Positions 25,161-37,911 are shown, counted from the first letter of the stretch. The stretch: DNA of 64,000 bases from Octopus vulgaris (GCA_951406725.2 OX597828.1:20646001-20710000); one strand, 5' to 3'. Numbers and translations: made by a program. The notes: generated by a model not told the origin, from the sequence alone.

Positions 25161-25520
25161 ACAGACAGATCAGGAGGTGACTACATACAAAAATAAATAG
25201 ATGGCATGAAACAAAGATGAATTAGTTAATCGGAAGTGTCATGACAGATGCACATCGATCAGATCAGCTGTTACAGAGAAAACTATGTTATTGTTCCACC
25301 CATGTGTTGTTGCGAATATAGAAAAAAAAACCAAACCTGTATATGCGAAACCACATACACAGCCCCATTCGAAACGACGTAAGTAACTCCCATGCTGACG
25401 TAAGTAGATTCGTATCACAAGTGTTTATGCCGATTGCATGAATTGCTGTATGTGTGACCACGTTACGTTGTCTCGTAATCACATATACGTGTGTGATTGT
25501 GTAACGCATAACCATGTGTA

Positions 25521-25590
<70 letters not shown>

Positions 25591-25739
25591 TTTATTTGTA
25601 TGTACTTATGCATATATAACATATAGACTTTAATATCTATATAAATATATCACAACACACATATACACTCACACATATATATGTATATCCATATAGGCAA
25701 ATATATGTAGCTATGCATGATATATACATACATATATAA

Positions 25740-25780
<41 letters not shown>

Positions 25781-25849
25781 CATAAATACATACATACATA
25801 TGCATATATATATGTGTGTGTGTATGTATGTATATATATATATGTAAAG

Positions 25850-25880
<31 letters not shown>

Positions 25881-25965
25881 CATACATGTATACATACATA
25901 TATACACATATATACATTATATATATATAGATAGATAGATAGATAGATAAATAGATTTATAATTA

Positions 25966-26011
<46 letters not shown>

Positions 26012-26014
26012 GAT

Positions 26015-26133
<119 letters not shown>

Positions 26134-26659
26134 CATGTATATATACGACCTCACATGTAACCTCATTAGATATCGATCTATCATTTCATGGCGATAATCG
26201 AACATGGGAGAGCCGGGAGTTTAAATAGAAATATATTAATATTGACGTTGATTTCTGAGGAAGACAAAGGGTCAGACATTTTGGAGAAAGGTAAAATCAT
26301 CGATTAAATCGATCCTAATCCTAGACTGGCACTTTGTTATCAGCCAATGTAAGTGCCTGTACCTGGTCGCCCGACTTACTAGAAGCCGCAGCTAAAATCC
26401 ATTTATATCACGCCCTTGGAAATTCGAGTGTTATGTTGTATAAATAAGTTAGGCCATAACCCACGATATACAGCTAATGGAAGGGAGGAAAAAAACAGAG
26501 TTGGTTTATAACTTAGCGGTACGGCAAAAGTACCCCTAGAATAAGTACTAAGCTTCAAGTCTAAGTACTGGGTTCCATTCGCTCGACTAAAATACTGCAA
26601 AATTGCACCCCAGCTGAGTCCTGGGGTCGATTTGATTGACTAATGGCGGTGCTGCTACA

Positions 26660-26995
26660 TGGGCAAGTGTCTTCTACTATAGCCTCGGGCCGACCAAAGC
26701 CTTGTGAGTGGATTTGGTAGACGGAAACTGAAAGAATCCCGTCGTATATATATATGTGTGTGTGTGTGTATGTATATGCTTGTGTGTCTGTGTTTGTCCC
26801 CACAACATCGCTTGACAACCGATGTTGGTGTGTTTACATCCCCGTAACTTAGCGCTTCGGCAAGAAAGACCGATAGAATAAGTACTAGGCTTACAAAGAA
26901 TAAGTGCTGGGGTCGATTTGCTCGACTAAAGGCGGTGCTCCAGCATGACCGCAGTCAAATGACTGAAACAAATAACAGAACAAAGGATTAAAAGA
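26660..26995 (+). mobile_element. SINE family A, 5'-truncated, preceded by extra tail fragments at 26510-26660
   Basis: GGGCAAGTGTCTTCTACTATAGCCTCGGGCCGACC through GACTGAAAC. Confidence 0.88.
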
Positions 26996-28099
26996 ATATA
27001 TATATATATTCTCTTTCTCACACTTTGAAATTTTGGCTAGGAAGAGGAGGAACGATTGCAGCATCAACAGCATGAAACATGAAGAATTCTTGAAAGAAGC
27101 GTAGAGAACAAATGAATCACCACGGACGCGATCTTTTAAAACAACAGACATCGCATCTTAACAATAGTGGGAAGGATTGGGGAACCTATCAACACAACAA
27201 TTTGGTCTGGCACTGCAAAAGGAAAACATGGAAGTCAGCAGGAAATTATAAAATCCCAAATTTCTAGCTGAAATATTTAACATGTACATATAAGATTGTA
27301 GCAAAAATATGTAATAATATTCTGAACGAACCGGAAATAATATTTGATTGGCTCTCTGATTGGAAAACTATAGGTCTATAGCGTGCCTTCCTATAGATTA
27401 GATAGGGTTAAGTGCAATAATATCACGGAGGATAAATAAATGCTTTGTAAGAAAACAAGATATTGTTTTCAGAAAAGTTGAGTAGATGCTGTGAAGATAA
27501 ATTTCTGATCTACGAAATCATAATAGAAGGCTGCTGTAAAAAGAAAATAAATGTGGTTGATATTGATAACATCTAAAAGATGCCTCTTCTTCATTCACCT
27601 TTGATAAATGTAGGTTTGACCTGGAGGTATCGATGTTATCAAACGGTATCCAACGATCATTGGGTGTTTCTACCCTAAAATGTAACATCTTCCTCTTTCT
27701 GGGTCGGCAATGGTAACCAAAACCATTGCTTCTCGTCTGCTCCCTAGTTTCTAGTTTAATTCCTGTCACTTGCTCCATAACAATTTGCTGGTTAATCCCT
27801 TGTCTGTTGGAGCAACAGAGATGTGGCCATCACTGCTGAACGAACCGGAAACAAGATCCGATTAGTTCACTGGTTGGAAATTTACAGGTCTATCCCGTGC
27901 CTTTCTGAGTTTTACAAAGTTTTAACTGCAATAATATCGCAGCGATTAGATACATGGTTAGTAAAAAAAAATTGTTTTCAGAGGAGGTGAAGGGATGCTT
28001 CAAAGTCATATTTTTGTAAAAATTAATTCTTGATCAACGAAACCATAACAGAAAGCTATAGAATGATAAAGAAGGAACTTTCTAATTTGGGTACAAGGC

Positions 28100-28487
28100 T
28101 AGCAATTTTGAAGGCAGGAAGTCGATTACATCTGCTCCAGTGCGCAACTCATACTTATTTTATCGATCTCTTAAGAATGAACGACAAAGTCGACCTCGGC
28201 AGCATTTGAACTCAGGGTACAAAGACACATTATGTCCGGCGCGGTAACGTTTCTTATTTCTTTATTGCCCAAAAGGGGCTAAACATAGAGGGGACAAACA
28301 AGGACAGACAAGCGGATTAAGTCTATTACATCGACCCCAGTATGTAACTGATACTTAATTAATCGACCCCGAAACGATGAAAGACAAAGTCGACCTCGGC
28401 GGAATCTGAACTCAGAATGTAACGGCAGACGAAATACCACTAAGCATTTCGGCCGGCGTGCAAACGATTCTGCCAACTCGCCGCCTT
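28100..28487 (-). mobile_element. SINE family B dimer
   Basis: Full copy 28255-28487 with the GGGCAATAAAGAAATA tail, joined to a second degenerate copy. Confidence 0.82.
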
Positions 28488-28739
28488 AAAAGCATTTCGC
28501 CGCGGTAACAATTCTGCCGTCTAACCGCCTTAGAAAAAGAATAATTATACAAAGAAGCTTTTCTTGTTATATACAGTTAGGTGTTTCGGTCCTTTCTGCC
28601 TCAAAACGTCGCACGGAAAGAAATTGAAAGTGTTGTGTATTGAACTCCTACTGAAAATACAACAAATGTTGTACATTTCTTTAAATGATTTAAAAACCCC
28701 AGTCACATGGTATAAGAAGAAAGAAGCAGAAAGAATTTC

Positions 28740-28940
28740 CCTCTTGAGCTATGCCAAGCTCTTAAGGGCCGGTTTCCCGGTTTCATGGCGTATAAATTCC
28801 CCGCTTGGACGGGACGCTGGTCCGTCGCAGGATTACTCATTTTTTTGCCAGCTGAGTGGACTGGAGTAACGTGAAATGAAGTGTTTTGCTCAAGAACGCA
28901 ACGCGTCACCCGGTCCAGGAATCGAAACCACAACCTAACC
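28740..28940 (-). mobile_element. SINE family C-related copy (V-domain-like)
   Basis: Minus strand has B box GGTTTCGATTCC, TTCTTGAGCAAAACACTT, CTGCGACGGACCAGCGTCCCGTCCA and GAAACCGGGAAACCGGCCC as in 60422-60720. Confidence 0.75.
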
Positions 28941-29030
28941 ACAAAGACACGCGCATCCACAGTCAAATGGCATGCATGAGTTTTATGTGAACTTCTCCGG
29001 TTTATATATATATATATATGTATATATATA

Positions 29031-29227
29031 CAGTAATCCCTCGACTATCGCGTTTGTTACGTTCCAAAACCCCGCGATAGGTGAAAATCTGTGAAGTAGA
29101 AACAGTACTGTACTGTATATTTTTTTAATCGTCTTTATAATTTGTATATAATAAACTGTGAGCTTAAATAATAAACCGTGATAGGTGAACCGCGAAAGGT
29201 GAGCCGCGATATGCCGAGGGATTAGTG
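29031..29227. mobile_element. Tc1/mariner-pogo type MITE
   Basis: Terminal inverted repeats CAGTAATCCCTCG / CGAGGGATTAGTG with TA on both sides and subterminal ATCGCG/CGCGAT; non-coding. Confidence 0.85.
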
Positions 29228-29970
29228 TACATCGCACTTAAAATAAATGGAGACCCACAATTGATTCCATCGCTACAGGATCACGGTTGATGTTGTTACC
29301 CCTCCTCATACGTTCTGCTGTTGGTTGTTCTTCCGCTACGGCGAGATAGAAATTCGCAGTTTACGACTATTTGATCCTTGTTCCTGTATCTGCTCTTACG
29401 AAATAAACAAGTTACAAAATTTGACAGAAAAATAACAGTGTGTGAGACAAATTTTGTCATTCGGGAAACAACTGTTATTTTTTCCTATTTGTTTACCCCT
29501 AGAAACTATGAAAATTGGCTAATATTTCCTTCAAACTTTGCTTTTGTTACATTTATTCAAACCCCAAAGAATCTCTCTCTCAACACGTTGCTATGATGCT
29601 ACCCCACTACTCCAGCTCGTGATCAGAGATGCATATATCGTCAACCACCAAGGGACATGTTCAACTGGTTAAGGTCAAGCAACTGACAAGCAAATTTGTG
29701 GTATTGAGCAGAATATTTTCTATAACGATATTTCTGCTTCAGCCACTCAGCGCTGAATCTATATAAAATGCAATGGAAAATAGGTCAGTGTCAAAACATT
29801 GACCTCCAGGTCACGTAAGCAAAGTTGGAAGGGAATAGTAGTGATTTACTTTGATTTCAAGATAGAAGAAAATAAGAAATAACACTTAGTAACCAAGGAC
29901 AAAACAAAATCAAAATTTTCTCAAAGTGTTACCAAAGCGGAAGGCGACAGGAATGAAAATAAGCAAAATA

Positions 29971-30486
29971 TCTATATATATATAAAACTGTAGTTGTGTG
30001 AGTGTCTGTCCCCTTCTATTTAGATTCCTAACTACTCCCACATTTTGCGGTGCAGTTTAACCAAATTCGGGTATCTTATAGTCATGATTCATTTCGAGCC
30101 CGTCTGGGTATTAGCGCGCGTCTACGATGAGTCTACGATTTTAAAAATAATTTAACATCATTTTTTATTCCATTTTAATGCATAATTTTTCGTGTGTCGA
30201 TGGCGGCGGAGTTGGCGTCCATGGTCACACCTGCACCTGTGTTGCTTCTCCCCCTTCTTCCCTCCCTCGTGAAGCTGTGGGGAAGGGAGTGTAAGGAAAT
30301 CAACGTCGTAAAGCGTTGTCAAGGAGACCAGCGTTCTTTTAGAACAACGACTTCATGGCTTGAAAACACCAAAACAGAAATGGCTAAGAAAGCCCGAATT
30401 GGCATCTATAAGGGAAGTAACTCTCTAAAAATGCTTATATAGTTATTTCCCTTACAAACCCGAGCAACGCCGGGCGATACTGCTAG
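29971..30486 (+). mobile_element. Non-autonomous Helitron
   Basis: 5' TCTATATATATATAAAA, 3' GC-rich hairpin CCCGAGCAACGCCGGG followed by CTAG, inserted between A (29970) and T (30487), no TSD. Confidence 0.88.
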
Positions 30487-30609
30487 TAATGTATAAAAAT
30501 ATAAACAATTCCAATAATAATTGGGTCAGTTGTGTGATAACGAAGAATATGAACAGACGACATAAAGGCAGTGTTTCGAGGTTTACAACACTACACACAC
30601 ACACACTAA

Positions 30610-30646
<37 letters not shown>

Positions 30647-30809
30647 TTTTATTTATTTGTTTATTTTTCACAGCAAACAGACGAATCCCTAAGATAATAC
30701 TTAAGGATAACGAAACAAAATCCGCAACGAAGGGACACAGATGTAACATATATATATATGAGGATGGATGGAGGGATATGTGTGTGGTGGGTGGGTGCAT
30801 GGGTTTATG

Positions 30810-30950
30810 ATTGGTTGGTTGGTTGGTTGATTAGCTGGCTGGCTGGTTTGGATGGATTGATGGATGAATGAATAGATGGCTGGATGGATGGATGGATGGA
30901 TGGATGGATGGATGGATGGATGGATGGATGGTTTGGATGGATTGATGGAC

Positions 30951-30984
<34 letters not shown>

Positions 30985-31052
30985 ATGGATGGTTTGGATG
31001 GATTGATGGATGAATGAATAGATGGATGGATGGATGGATGGATGGATGGATG
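30810..31052. repeat. (GGAT)n/(GGTT)n microsatellite
   Basis: Direct inspection. Confidence 0.95.
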
Positions 31053-31710
31053 GTTAGTGTATTTCTGTGTGAGTATGCATGCATGTGGTTTGTGTCATGA
31101 TAACTGCATAATTATTTAGCATAATATGAACGAGCATAAATTGGAATTATTTAAAACGAAAGATTACAATCTAAAGATTACAACCAATGCTAATCTTGAT
31201 GCTGTCACATTCTCGGCGTCGAGTCAAATTTAAATAGTTGCAATTATTGCTCTTAAGGAAAGCCTAATGAGAAACTGCATTACATCAATAAAAGTGTTGA
31301 TCACCCACACACATGCACAATTATTGTCAAATCTTATGGGAAAGATCATAAAATGCATATTCATTATATAATCTGATGCCGTTTCTTTTGTGTTACACAT
31401 TATTACAACGATGAATTAAAAAATAGAGGATTTAATAACAAAATTCTTTGTCAATATTTATAAACACAAAAAATAGTAAAAGAAAGATTTTATGGTATAA
31501 CCCAATCTATAGTTTAAACGTTCGCAGTAGATTTTTGAATTTATTACATAACAATTTCCAGTTTGATCGCAAATATTACAACATTGCTTACCAGACATTA
31601 CTGTGAAGTGAATATATTCTTGCGATGTGAAGCGAATTTATTATCCATTGACCTTACTGCTAGGAAACATATATGTGCGTATGTGTGTGCACGCGTGCAT
31701 CTGCGTATGC

Positions 31711-31785
<75 letters not shown>

Positions 31786-31787
31786 TT

Positions 31788-31851
<64 letters not shown>

Positions 31852-31929
31852 CACGTAAGTACGTGTGCATGAACTTGGTTTTACTGGGATCAACAAATAG
31901 TCCAATATCTTGTGCAGCTAACACTAGAC

Positions 31930-32605
31930 TACAAAGTAATAAGATTTGATACTGTGTCAGAGACCAGAGCTAAATCATAAATTATCGCTCACAATCAGCA
32001 AGGATCCATCACCAACTGCGGAGACACCATCAATTAAGTTAATGATTTCATGTATTGATGATTTCCTGTACTCCAGTTCAGAGATAACCTTAATTGAAAT
32101 AGATTTAAACCTCGGGTAGCCAAAGCATGGTCGGCCCTAAACGAACTGGAAGTTGTCTACAAATCAGATAACTTTAAGAGGATATTTTCCGTGCAGAAGT
32201 AGGGCCAGTCTTTTTATATCGAGTAACAGCTTGGACGTTTACCAAAAACACTGGAACTTAAGGTAGATGGAACTTACACCCAAACGTTAAGAGCAGTGTT
32301 AAACATGTCTTGGAGAACCCAGCCCACCAAGAAGAAGCTGTGTGGAATTCTCCTGCTTGTTTCCACCATTATAAGAGAAAGGCGCTTGCGATCTTTGGGG
32401 CATTGCCGGTGAGCTAAAGAAGAGCTGCCAAGAGAGCTATTGTTACGAATACCAAGGCATGACTGTACTCGAGCAAGTCGTCTTTACGCGACGTATACAG
32501 ATCAACTCACCAGGGGCACTGGATGCCTCCCAGAAGCCCATCCTCAACTAATACATGACCAAGATGGATTAAGTGCGCGGGTTAAAAATTCCAGAACAAG
32601 CTCGA
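31930..32605 (+). mobile_element. Degenerate RTE-like LINE 3' fragment
   Basis: Stitched frames give AKAWSALNELEVVYKS, IFRAEVGPVFLY..TAWT, DGTYTQTLRAVLNMSW, IRERRLRSLGHC and TYTDQLTRGTG. Confidence 0.75.
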
Positions 32606-32729
32606 CATATATATATGTCTATCTATTAATAATCTCATGTGTATGTGTGTATATGTGAGTGTCTGTGGTTATATAAATGCATCTGCGTGTGTGTGTGAAT
32701 GGGTGAGTGAGTGTGTGTGTGTGTGTGTA

Positions 32730-32794
<65 letters not shown>

Positions 32795-32907
32795 ACAACA
32801 TATGTATTGAAACGCAAGAGTCATGTAGTTATATTTACGACTGGACTGAAATTTGCGAAATGAAATAAGCGCCGCGTATGCGTTGAGTAGCCGTCGCCGT
32901 CGTCGTC

Positions 32908-32968
<61 letters not shown>

Positions 32969-33284
32969 CAGTAGTAGGACGGACGGACGGACGGACGGAT
33001 ATCACATATCACACACGAGAAAAATATACGCAATATAATCTCACCATTTCGGTGATTTAATGAAAAACGGCAAATTGGAAGCATTTTCGAAATCAGCCAC
33101 TCAGCATCGTCTTTTTTCGCTAAGCTACTCGTAGGATGTCGTCTGCAAAATCTCTTTCAAAATGGCATAGCAACTTGAGATGTGGGCTGGGGATGTAATA
33201 TGGAGACATACATACATACATACATACATACATACAGATAGATACATAGACAGACAGACTGTCAGACAGATAGACAGATATACA

Positions 33285-33322
<38 letters not shown>

Positions 33323-33487
33323 TGTATATGTATATATATATATATAGAGAGAGAGAGACATGTATATATATACATATATACACATCCATAATACGTGTAT
33401 GCATAATCATGTATGTATATATATATATATATAATAAATCAAACATTCCGTCTAACCAGAGTATAATTTTTTTACAACGAATGAACG

Positions 33488-33530
<43 letters not shown>

Positions 33531-33533
<3 letters not shown>

Positions 33534-33664
33534 TTTATTATATAGAAGGAGCTTCTACAGGACTAGTACTGTTTCATTCAAGAGAAATCTTCAGGAAGCT
33601 CCTGAAGATTTCTCTTGAATGAAACAGTATAGTCCTGTAGAAGCTCCTTCTATATAATAAATTA
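33531..33664. repeat. 134-bp palindrome next to (TA)n, Penelope-like terminal fragment
   Basis: Arms pair around CTTCAGGAAGCTCCTGAAG with a 1-nt indel. Confidence 0.95.
33548..33602 (-). ncRNA. Type I hammerhead ribozyme fold (putative)
   Basis: Minus strand GGAGCTTC-CTGAAGA-TTTCTCTTGAAT-GAAA-CAG-TACTAGTC-CTG-TA-GAAGCTCC: 8-bp stem I, intact core, GUA triplet; stem II is weak with a U-U closing pair. Confidence 0.65.
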
Positions 33665-33729
33665 ATTTTACTCTGCTATGTATTGAGTACCTTACTTACT
33701 GTGGTTAACCCCGAATCAACCCGGGAACT

Positions 33730-33764
<35 letters not shown>

Positions 33765-33934
33765 TGTGTGTGTGTATGTGTGTGTATATATGTATGTATA
33801 TGTATGTATGTATGTATGTATGTATATATGTATGTATACATATATATATATATGCATAAATGCATGCATACATACATAAATATACCTATAGATATGTATG
33901 TATGTATGTATGAATATAAATATATATATTTGTG

Positions 33935-33988
<54 letters not shown>

Positions 33989-34041
33989 GATTTATGTGTG
34001 TGTGTTTATACACATATATACGCACACTAGTTTGCATAGAC

Positions 34042-34092
<51 letters not shown>

Positions 34093-34836
34093 CATATATA
34101 TATAAGTAGATACATCCATACACACATAGATGAATATATATTTTATACATACATATATATATGTATACGTATATGTATATATATATATATATATCAATTT
34201 ATATAAGTATGTATATGTATGTATGTATATCCTGAGTTGTGTGGTGCTTTACTGTATTAACCTCCGATGTCTTTTTCTATGATTTATTTTGCTTTTTACG
34301 TATTTCTGTTTTTTTTTTTGACTTTTTGGTAACTTTTGTGCTGTATTTATTTATTCATCTTATGCTATTTTCTTTTCCTTTCTTTACCAAGGAAAGAAAT
34401 CGGTTGAAGCGCAGTTAATGAGTGAAGTCTTCTGAAGAAAATGGCTTCTGACAAAAAGTTGTATGTTACTGCATGTGTGTGTGCCTGTCTGTCTCATTTA
34501 GAAGTATGAGTATGTGTGTGTGAATTTTATACGTGTGTCTCTATGAGTGTGTGGACATCTATCAGCGTAGAGAAACATACACGTACATACACGAACCGTG
34601 TGCGAGCGTGTGTGTGTGTTGAGAGAAGTATTGGATGGGCGGTTGTGCATGCAAGCGTATGGATGTGTCTATACATTTACGTGTATGAACGTGTGGAAGC
34701 GCGTGTGAATTTATTATGGAATGCCGTTTGATTATCTGGTCTTTACGTTCATCATCTCATTGAACACATGAATGTGAAGTGAAACAGTGTAGACGAGTTT
34801 CTTTATTATAAAATGATGCATATATAAATATATATT

Positions 34837-34880
<44 letters not shown>

Positions 34881-34914
34881 CCCACCTATTTGTCTATACA
34901 TATAAATCTGTGTG

Positions 34915-34962
<48 letters not shown>

Positions 34963-35093
34963 AATATAGATACATGCTTATTATATATATAAATATGTAT
35001 TTACGTATAGGGAAATATTTATATCTATATATGTATATGTAAATTATATGGATATATATATATATACACATATGCATATATATAGGTATGTAG

Positions 35094-35134
<41 letters not shown>

Positions 35135-35744
35135 GACATAATTGTGTATATATACATGTATATATGGGTATGTATGTATATGTATATATATATGTATATA
35201 TATGCATGTATATATATATATATACATATACATAGGTATGTATATATATATATATATGTATATATATACATATATACATATATACGGTTCCGTTTTCAGC
35301 AGAGAAAGACGTGATTGCCTTTGCTCTGTGAAAAAGTTTGCATAGAACGGCGAAATAACCCACTGTAGTTGCAAAACGTAAAACTCTAAGTCATAGAGAT
35401 CACTACAACACTTTGGTTAAAAATATTTTTAAAAATATATATATAAATATATACATATACACAGTAATTTTCATTTTCGCCGAAACGCACATGGTGCAAA
35501 AATAACTGAATCAAGTTATCTCCTGCAAGAAAGAAAAAAGAAGCATCTCTCCTGAAAAAAATCCCGTAAACCAAAAAAAAAATAATAATCCAGTCCACAT
35601 TGTTGGATTAAGTATCAATTTCATCTATTTCATATTTTATTTATTATTCTATTTTATCTTTCACTTAGGCCCACATCTTAGTTAAAGTTGCGATCGTCAT
35701 TTTGTTTGTTTACATTTTCAATAACTGTTCTCGATATAATAATT

Positions 35745-36945
35745 TTCCAGATACTCTATCTTCTAATTAGCCTTAAGATTAAATTAAATAACGTTTAATA
35801 TTGATACCGTCAAATTAGCCTTAGGATTAAATTAAATAACGTTTAATATTGTTTAATATTGTTAATAATTATTGTTAATTAGCCTTAAGATTAAATTAAA
35901 TAACGTTTAATATTGTTTTAATATTGTTAATAATTGTTCAGATACTCTATCTTCTAATTAGCCTTAAGATTAAATTAAATAACGTTTAATATTAATAACG
36001 TCTAATTAGCCTTAGGATTAAATTAAATAACGTTTAATATTGTTAATAATTATTGTTAATTAGCCTTAGGATTAAATTAAATAACGTTTAATATTGTTTA
36101 ATATTGTTAATAATTACTGTTAATTAGCCTTAAGATTAAATTAAATAACGTTTAATATTGTTTAATATTGTTAATAATTATTGTTAATTAGCCTTAGGAT
36201 TAAATTAAATAACGTTTAATATTGTTTAATATTGTTAATAATTATTGTTAATTAGCCTTAAGATTAAATTAAATAACGTTTAATATTGTTTTAATATTGT
36301 TAATAATTCTTCAGATACTCTATCTTCTAATTAGCCTTAAGATTAAATTAAATAACGTTTAATATTACCCACACTCTAATATAATATTAACATTGCTAAT
36401 ATATTTTCAGATACTCTATCTCCTGATTAGCCTTAAGATTAAATAACGTTTTTATCCACACTCTAATATAATATTAATATTGCTAATATATTTTCAGATA
36501 CTCTATCTTCTAATTAGCCTTAAGATTAAATTAAATAACGTTTAATATTAATAACGTCTAATTAGCCTTAAGATTAAATTAAATAACGGTTAATATTGCT
36601 TAATATTGTATATATAATTTTTCAGATACTCTGTCTTCTAATTAGCCTTAAGATTAAATTAAATAACGTTTAATATTACCCACACTCTAATATAATATTA
36701 ATATTGCTAATATATTTTCAGATACTCTATCTCCAAATTAGCCTTAAGATTAAATAACGTTTTTTTTTTTTTACCCACACTCTAATATAATATTAATATT
36801 GCTAATATATTTTCAGATACTCTATCTCCTAATTAGCCTTAAGATTAAATAACGTTTTTACCCAAATAACGTTTTTACACAAACTTTAATATTGTTAATA
36901 TTTCTTTTTCAAGTACTCTATCTTCTAATTAGCCTTAATATCTTC
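35745..36945 (+). repeat. AT-rich complex tandem array immediately upstream of LINE ORF1
   Basis: About 17 copies of TAATTAGCCTTA(A/G)GATTAAAT..AATAACGTTT combined with modules TTTCAGATACTCTATCT and ACCCACACTCTAATATAATATT. Confidence 0.93.
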
Positions 36946-36999
36946 CTGTCTTCTCTCGAACATAATTAGATAGATAAACGGATAGACGGATTATCCAGC

Positions 37000-37911
37000 A
37001 TGTCCAGAGCATGGAGACGTGACGAGCTGGATTTATTCGTACGAGCATGGGAGTGCGCCGGCGGAGATAGCCCTAGCGAGGTGATTGCGGCTGCGCTGAA
37101 GAGCAGAGGCTACAAGAGGACAGCGGCTCAGATGGAGCGAAAGAGACAGGAATTCGTGCGCTCATATGCGCTTGTACAGTCGCACATTGGCGCACTTGAT
37201 GCCATCTTTGAGAACGAGCGGGGCAAAGATGGCAAGAATGGAGACGATGAAAGAAGTCACCCCCACCTGGTGGACGCCCAGGAGGAGGTTTTGAATGAGA
37301 AACCTGCCCGGGAAGTGAACCCAGGTGCAAGTTCTCCAACCGGCAGCAAGGGCCATGGAGACGGAGAACCCGGTGAAGAGGTAGAGGGAGGAAGAAGAAC
37401 TAAAAGAAGGACTGGAAGAGCTAAAGGAAAAGAAAAAGCTCAAGCAGGACCAAAGAGAGAAACAACCAGGAGTAGAAGTGGAACCGCAAAGGATGGAACC
37501 AAACAGCGCACACGGGTGTGTATGTTCTACCTGAGAGGTTCCTGCTGGCACGGAAAGGAAGGTGCAGGCTGCCGCTTTGCACATCGGGGACCCTGCCACA
37601 GAGACACGAGGCAGATGGACAAACCATCAACACAAAGAAAAGGGATGGACTACGCACCACCTGCCCCAAAGCGGAGGTACGCAGATGTTGTGCGCGCCAC
37701 AAACAGCCAACATGATGTTGTCGAAAGAGCAGCTGCTGAGCAACAATCTTTTTTGTGCATGGCACAAAAGATTGTACAGCAGCTGACCTGGCTTCATCAA
37801 ACCCAAGCCCGCAGGTGGGACTACCCACTATATACCAGACCACCACAGCAAACAGACACAGGATGGACACCGCCGGCAACAACGTACACCTCACCTCGAT
37901 ACTCCTACTGA
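37000..37911 (+). CDS. LINE ORF1 protein, 303 aa: Myb/SANT(trihelix)-like N-terminus, basic linker, CCCH zinc finger
   Basis: ATG in CCAGCATGT context. W-x3-E-x2-LF..W....IAAALKSRGYKRTAAQMERK...Y pattern; CMFYLRGSCWHGKEGAGCRFAH is C-x7-C-x8-C-x3-H; lies directly 5' of ORF2. Confidence 0.85.
   Translation: MSRAWRRDELDLFVRAWECAGGDSPSEVIAAALKSRGYKRTAAQMERKRQEFVRSYALVQSHIGALDAIFENERGKDGKNGDDERSHPHLVDAQEEVLNEKPAREVNPGASSPTGSKGHGDGEPGEEVEGGRRTKRRTGRAKGKEKAQAGPKRETTRSRSGTAKDGTKQRTRVCMFYLRGSCWHGKEGAGCRFAHRGPCHRDTRQMDKPSTQRKGMDYAPPAPKRRYADVVRATNSQHDVVERAAAEQQSFLCMAQKIVQQLTWLHQTQARRWDYPLYTRPPQQTDTGWTPPATTYTSPRYSY

Noticed and set aside
26250-26285. CTGAGGAAGACAAAGGGTC as a hammerhead
   Set aside because: The GAAA half of the core is missing; at best a decayed remnant.
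27518-27778. 86-aa non-repetitive ORF as a host exon
   Set aside because: No recognisable domain or convincing splice sites, and it lies between two degenerate repeat copies.
35745-36945. Partly palindromic repeats next to a reverse transcriptase as a CRISPR-, retron- or DGR-like system
   Set aside because: The intervening sequences are themselves repeated modules, and the RT is a typical APE-bearing non-LTR enzyme.
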